Below are positions 25,053 to 28,357 of a DNA stretch of 28,357 nucleotides, piece by piece. Origin of the DNA: Thermomicrobiales bacterium (GTDB lineage Bacteria > Chloroflexota > Chloroflexia > Thermomicrobiales > UBA6265); contig JBOGUE010000430.1 of NCBI GenBank assembly GCA_050695955.1, positions 1 through 28,357 of the forward strand. The letters run 5' to 3'. Numbering within the stretch: position 1 is the first letter of the stretch; the number at the start of each line of letters is the position of its first letter. The notes beneath the pieces were generated by a model. The model saw nothing but the letters and a program-made list of their open reading frames with translations. It ran no database searches and was not told the DNA's origin. The translations under genes were made by a program, and so were the position numbers.

Positions 25053-25535
25053 TTAGCGGGAATCCGTGTATTGCGGGCATTTGCCCTGCTGGAGGGTATC
25101 GACCGAGTCGTGTAACGCCTCAGCCAAGGCGCGGAGCGACCGCACAAAGACGGGCCGCTCCTCGGGCGCCATGCGGTCCAGCGCCGCCTGCACCTGTGCC
25201 CGGTGAATCACGCGAATCTCGTCGCCGATCGTGCGGGCGGTTGCCGTCAACTCGACGATCACCTGCCGGCGGTCGGCCGGGTTGACCGCGCGCGCGACCA
25301 ACCCCTCCTCGACCAACCGGTCGATCATTTCCGAGGCAGCGGGCATCGAGAGTCCAACTGCCTGGGCCAATTCGCCAAGGCTACTGCCGCTGCTATGGTA
25401 AAGCTGTGCGAGCGCCCGCTTCTGGGCAAACGTCCGATTTGCCATGTGCGGGTAGCAGGCCATGGCGGCGTGCATGAGCTTGGACACCCGCGGTAGCAAT
25501 TCGGTTGCCTCGTCAATGAGGATGTCGTGTTCCAC
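25053..25535 (-). CDS. MarR family transcriptional regulator
   Basis: ELAQAVGLSMPAASEMIDRLVEEGLVAR..NPADRR.V.VELT. Start at GTG 25535 after AAGGA, since the ORF-track start lies in the -35 box. Confidence 0.9.
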   Translation of the reverse strand: MEHDILIDEATELLPRVSKLMHAAMACYPHMANRTFAQKRALAQLYHSSGSSLGELAQAVGLSMPAASEMIDRLVEEGLVARAVNPADRRQVIVELTATARTIGDEIRVIHRAQVQAALDRMAPEERPVFVRSLRALAEALHDSVDTLQQGKCPQYTDSR

Positions 25536-25544
25536 CTTCGTTCC

Positions 25545-25601
25545 TTCGATCTCCGAATCATTCCAACACCGAACTATACGGATTCCGAATGATTGTGTCA
25601 A
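25545..25601 (-). promoter_or_regulatory. marR-MFS promoter TTGACA-N17-TATAGT with three phased TTCGG-N3-CCGAA-like operators
   Basis: -35 at 25596-25601, -10 at 25573-25578; 13-bp boxes start at 25545, 25561 and 25577. Confidence 0.8.
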
Positions 25602-25754
25602 GTCCAGGCTTTCATCCCAAATACTCCCCGGTCATTCCGAGCTTCTGAGGAATCGCGCCTTCGTCGCGCGATCGGGACCAATGGTCACGGTTGGCGCCAA
25701 AGGTGCGCCTGTACAATTGCCGATGGATCGAGTTCCAGCCTGGAGGCAGACGCC

Positions 25755-25922
25755 ATGACTCACAATGACGAACGCGAGGAGAGCGGACCTCGACACATGA
25801 CGGAGCCGGCCGAGTCACGCGCCGGCCTGGCGAAGTTCTTCGGCCTCAGTATGCGGATTTGGGCGATTGTGGTCGTGCTGGCCGTGGTCTTCCTGGTGGT
25901 CATCCTCATCTCCGTGCTCTAA
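25755..25922 (+). CDS. Small membrane protein (55 aa, C-terminal TM helix)
   Basis: GGAGG SD; hydrophilic N-terminus and C-terminal IWAIVVVLAVVFLVVILISVL. Confidence 0.65.
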   Translation: MTHNDEREESGPRHMTEPAESRAGLAKFFGLSMRIWAIVVVLAVVFLVVILISVL

Positions 25923-26024
25923 AACGCTCGGTCGGTAGCGACGTATCGCGGGCGGATGCTAGACTGCCGGGCGGTTGTCGGCCGCTGACTTGCCAGAGGC
26001 GGGCGACGGCCGATTTGCGGCATG

Positions 26025-26059
26025 CAGAAGCCAGGAGCAAGGAACCAGGAGCCAAGACA
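26025..26059. repeat. Degenerate heptamer array (CAGGAGC-type x5)
   Basis: CAGAAGC CAGGAGC AAGGAAC CAGGAGC CAAGACA immediately upstream of ATG 26065. Confidence 0.7.
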
Positions 26060-26064
26060 GGACG

Positions 26065-26442
26065 ATGGAGACCACTCCCCGACTGGAACGTGATCGCATC
26101 GGCGCGCATACGCCCATGCGTTGTCCGATCTGCAACGGCTCGTTGCGCAACACGATGATTCGCGATCTGGGCGGCATCACCGCGGCTCTGACCTGGGAGC
26201 TGCACGCCGGAGAATGCCCGGAGCACGGCTGGTTCCAAACCGAGGTCATCTCCCGCCCGCCGCGCGAGATCTTCCCGGTCGACCGCCCGTTCGGTACCGC
26301 CCGCCGGTTGATGGTCGACGGCGTCGAAATCTTTTCCTTCCCGACCGTTTGGAACGACCAGTCGCCGACAACGCAACGCAGCCGGGTCGACCCTTTCGAT
26401 CCGCGCTACTGGCAAGTCCGCCGTCTGGTAGACGCGGGCTAA
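26065..26442 (+). CDS. Hypothetical protein with putative zinc-ribbon (CxxC...CxxH)
   Basis: CPICNG and CPEHG pairs, globular composition, AGGA SD; 125 aa. Confidence 0.75.
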   Translation: METTPRLERDRIGAHTPMRCPICNGSLRNTMIRDLGGITAALTWELHAGECPEHGWFQTEVISRPPREIFPVDRPFGTARRLMVDGVEIFSFPTVWNDQSPTTQRSRVDPFDPRYWQVRRLVDAG

Positions 26443-26509
26443 GGCGACAGGCGACGGGCGACAGAAACACGAACGACGAAGCGCCTGACGCCTGACGCCT
26501 GTCGCCTCA
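26442..26509. repeat. Inverted pair of heptamer arrays (AGGCGAC-type x3 / CGCCTGW-type x4) forming a hairpin
   Basis: AGGCGACAGGCG pairs with CGCCTGTCGCCT; begins at the upstream TAA stop. Confidence 0.85.
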
Positions 26510-26525
26510 AGAAAGTACAAAAGCG

Positions 26526-27851
26526 ATGCCGGCCAACAGCGCCCTTGATCCCCACGATTTCCCATCCGGCGGCAATGGCCAGCCCCAACGGGGCGACCGG
26601 CGACCTGGTCTCACCCCGTTTACGCTCTTTTTGGTGTTATTGATCGCGTTCATCCTGGTCAGGGTCCAGCTCGTTCTGATCTTGACGCTCCTGGCGCTCC
26701 TCTTCGCGACGGTGATCGAGCGCCCGGTCGAGCAACTCCAGCGGCGGCGCATCCCCCGCGGTGTCAGCATCCTCTTGGTCTATATCGCGATCATCGGCGG
26801 GTTCACGCTGCTCTCCATCCTCGTCGCGCCGATGATCTCGGACGAGGCCGACAACTTCCGGAACGAGGCGCCGGATCAGCTCCGCGCGCTGGAAGAAGAT
26901 TGGCGAAAAAGCAGCAACCCGCTCCTCAGCGGCGCTGGGCAGGATTTGCTGAACCGCGCCATCAGCGCGATCGAGGAGCCTCCGGACCCGGAGCAAGAAA
27001 CGACGATTAATGTCGTACTCAGCGTCGGCGGTGGCATCGTCGGTCTGGTCACCGCGCTGATCATTGCCTTTTATTACTTGCTGGAAAAGGATCTCTTGCG
27101 CCAGCTCATTCTCGAGCAACTCCAGCCGTCGTCGCGGGCGCGCGTTGCTCGCATTTGGGACAACGTCGAGGCGCAAGTCGGGCGGTGGCTGCGAGGGCAA
27201 CTGACGCTCTGCCTTATCATCGGGGTCACGGCGACGATCGGCTACGGCATCCTCGACGTCCGCTTTTGGCCCCTCCTGGGACTCTGGGCCGGGCTGACCG
27301 AGATCATTCCGATCATCGGTCCGTGGATCGGCGGCATCCCGGCCTTCATCATCGCCTTGACCCAGGGCTGGGACAAAGCGCTGATCGTCGCCGCGTTCAT
27401 CGTCGCCATGCAGATGACCGAGAACGCGGTGCTGGTGCCGCGGGTGATGCGAGGGGCGGTCGGCCTGACGCCGCTGACGGTCTTCGTCGCGATCCTGGCC
27501 GGCACCGAGTTTCGAGGGATCGCCGGGGCTGTGCTGGCGATCCCGGTCGCCGCCGCTGTGCAGGTGATCATTACCGACTACCTGCGCACGCGCCGAGCGG
27601 TGGGGCATCCGTCCGAGTCGGTCCTTTCCGGCTGGCGTTGGATGCGCGGCTACCACACCGGCTTGGCGGAGGACGAGCCTCCGCCGGCCGAGCCTCCCGC
27701 CTCGCGACGTCAGACCGAGCCGGCGCCGGCGGCCTCCAAGGAGCAGACGGGCTGGACCTCGCAGGTGCTGTCGCGGGTCGGCCGCGGCGCCGGTGGCGAG
27801 CGCCAGGACGACGGTCCCGCCGCCCGCCCGCCGGCCGAACCGTCAGAATAG
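26526..27851 (+). CDS. AI-2E family (UPF0118/PerM) transporter
   Basis: FYYLLE, WLRGQL, EIIPIIGPWIGGIP, Q.TENAVLVPRVM..AVGLTP, GIAGAVLAIP. Confidence 0.93.
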   Translation: MPANSALDPHDFPSGGNGQPQRGDRRPGLTPFTLFLVLLIAFILVRVQLVLILTLLALLFATVIERPVEQLQRRRIPRGVSILLVYIAIIGGFTLLSILVAPMISDEADNFRNEAPDQLRALEEDWRKSSNPLLSGAGQDLLNRAISAIEEPPDPEQETTINVVLSVGGGIVGLVTALIIAFYYLLEKDLLRQLILEQLQPSSRARVARIWDNVEAQVGRWLRGQLTLCLIIGVTATIGYGILDVRFWPLLGLWAGLTEIIPIIGPWIGGIPAFIIALTQGWDKALIVAAFIVAMQMTENAVLVPRVMRGAVGLTPLTVFVAILAGTEFRGIAGAVLAIPVAAAVQVIITDYLRTRRAVGHPSESVLSGWRWMRGYHTGLAEDEPPPAEPPASRRQTEPAPAASKEQTGWTSQVLSRVGRGAGGERQDDGPAARPPAEPSE

Positions 27852-28103
27852 GCGCAGCGACGGCGCGGCGGACGATCCACCTTGCAACCGCGCGATCGGC
27901 GGCGGGGTGGAGACCGGACCCTGTATGCGCTGACCGGCGTTGATCATGATCGCCCCAATCCGCTGGCGCCACGCACCAGTTCGTAGCACAACAGTTCGTG
28001 GTCGCGCGAGGCTCTTCATTGCCACGCGTCGCTCCGCGTCCTGCAGAAGCTCCGCTTGCCGCTGCACGACAAGCTCATCCGCCAAATAGTTTTGCAACGA
28101 CAT
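27843..28103 (-). CDS. Small hypothetical protein (86 aa)
   Basis: GGGAG SD; helical RQAELLQDAERR...RQRIGAIMINAGQRI pattern; preceded by a promoter-like motif. Confidence 0.65.
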   Translation of the reverse strand: MSLQNYLADELVVQRQAELLQDAERRVAMKSLARPRTVVLRTGAWRQRIGAIMINAGQRIQGPVSTPPPIARLQGGSSAAPSLRLF

Positions 28104-28171
28104 CTCGACGAACTCCCGCCGGCGGCGTTCCGCGCTACGTGGTCCAATGACCGTCCCGCCGGCACAAAGTC

Positions 28172-28219
28172 ATCGTGCCCGATCAGCGTACCGGCGTCAT
28201 CGACCAGATTCGGTATTTC
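28172..28219 (-). promoter_or_regulatory. Putative activator box GAAATACCGAATCTGGTCGATG plus -10-like CACGAT
   Basis: Matches the 5524-5571 element in sequence and spacing. Confidence 0.5.
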
Positions 28220-28282
28220 GCGGAATGTCCGCACGCGGTGATCTCAGTATTTCTCGGTAGAGACGGCGGGAGCCAGGCGTCG

Positions 28283-28317
28283 GCCACCAGCCACCAGCCA
28301 CCAGCCACCAGCCACAA
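28283..28317. repeat. Heptamer array (GCCACCA)x4 plus GCCACAA
   Basis: Read directly. Confidence 0.9.
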
Positions 28318-28350
28318 ACGCGGCCGCCTCCCGGTGTGGGAGGCGGCCGC
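28316..28350 (-). terminator. Probable intrinsic terminator for a minus-strand gene beyond the window
   Basis: Perfect 13-bp stem GCGGCCGCCTCCC (28320-28332) / GGGAGGCGGCCGC (28338-28350), 5-nt loop, short GTTT tail on the minus strand. Confidence 0.6.
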
Positions 28351-28357
28351 TACGCGG

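Noticed and set aside
1493..28317. Repeat arrays as CRISPR
   Set aside because: Units are 4-7 bp tandem copies without unique spacers, and there are no cas genes.

Overview
GC-rich bacterial chromosomal segment, probably Chloroflexota/Thermomicrobiales-like (inferred from the GTPEASP-type linker after a signal peptide, a GAAC-N4-GTTC-like LexA box, ATPase-LuxR regulators and heptamer microsatellites). In order it holds: a 5'-truncated flavin amine oxidase plus cytochrome c; an AlkZ-like DNA glycosylase; an orphan HicB whose stop codon comes from a 171-bp MITE-like insertion; a PIN/DUF3368-type TA pair; an MMPL transporter; an AAA-ATPase-LuxR regulator; ndh with a Rex box; a second ATPase-TPR-LuxR gene split by a deletion/frameshift; a urate-to-ureidoglycine catabolic cluster (uraD-pucL-uraH-allC-allB) interrupted by an inverted Phd/PIN TA module; kbl plus an SDR; a degenerate GNAT; a MarR-DHA2 MFS pair; small hypotheticals; and an AI-2E transporter. 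No CRISPR array, rRNA, tRNA or transposase was seen. The most interesting signals are non-coding: (i) about ten heptamer tandem arrays, often inverted pairs, at gene ends and in-frame inside genes; (ii) a 22-bp box plus -10 element at identical spacing upstream of two unrelated genes; (iii) an orphan SOS-box promoter with no convincing gene; (iv) a strand-specific rod-like RNA candidate; (v) the MITE. All calls are by eye, without database searches.
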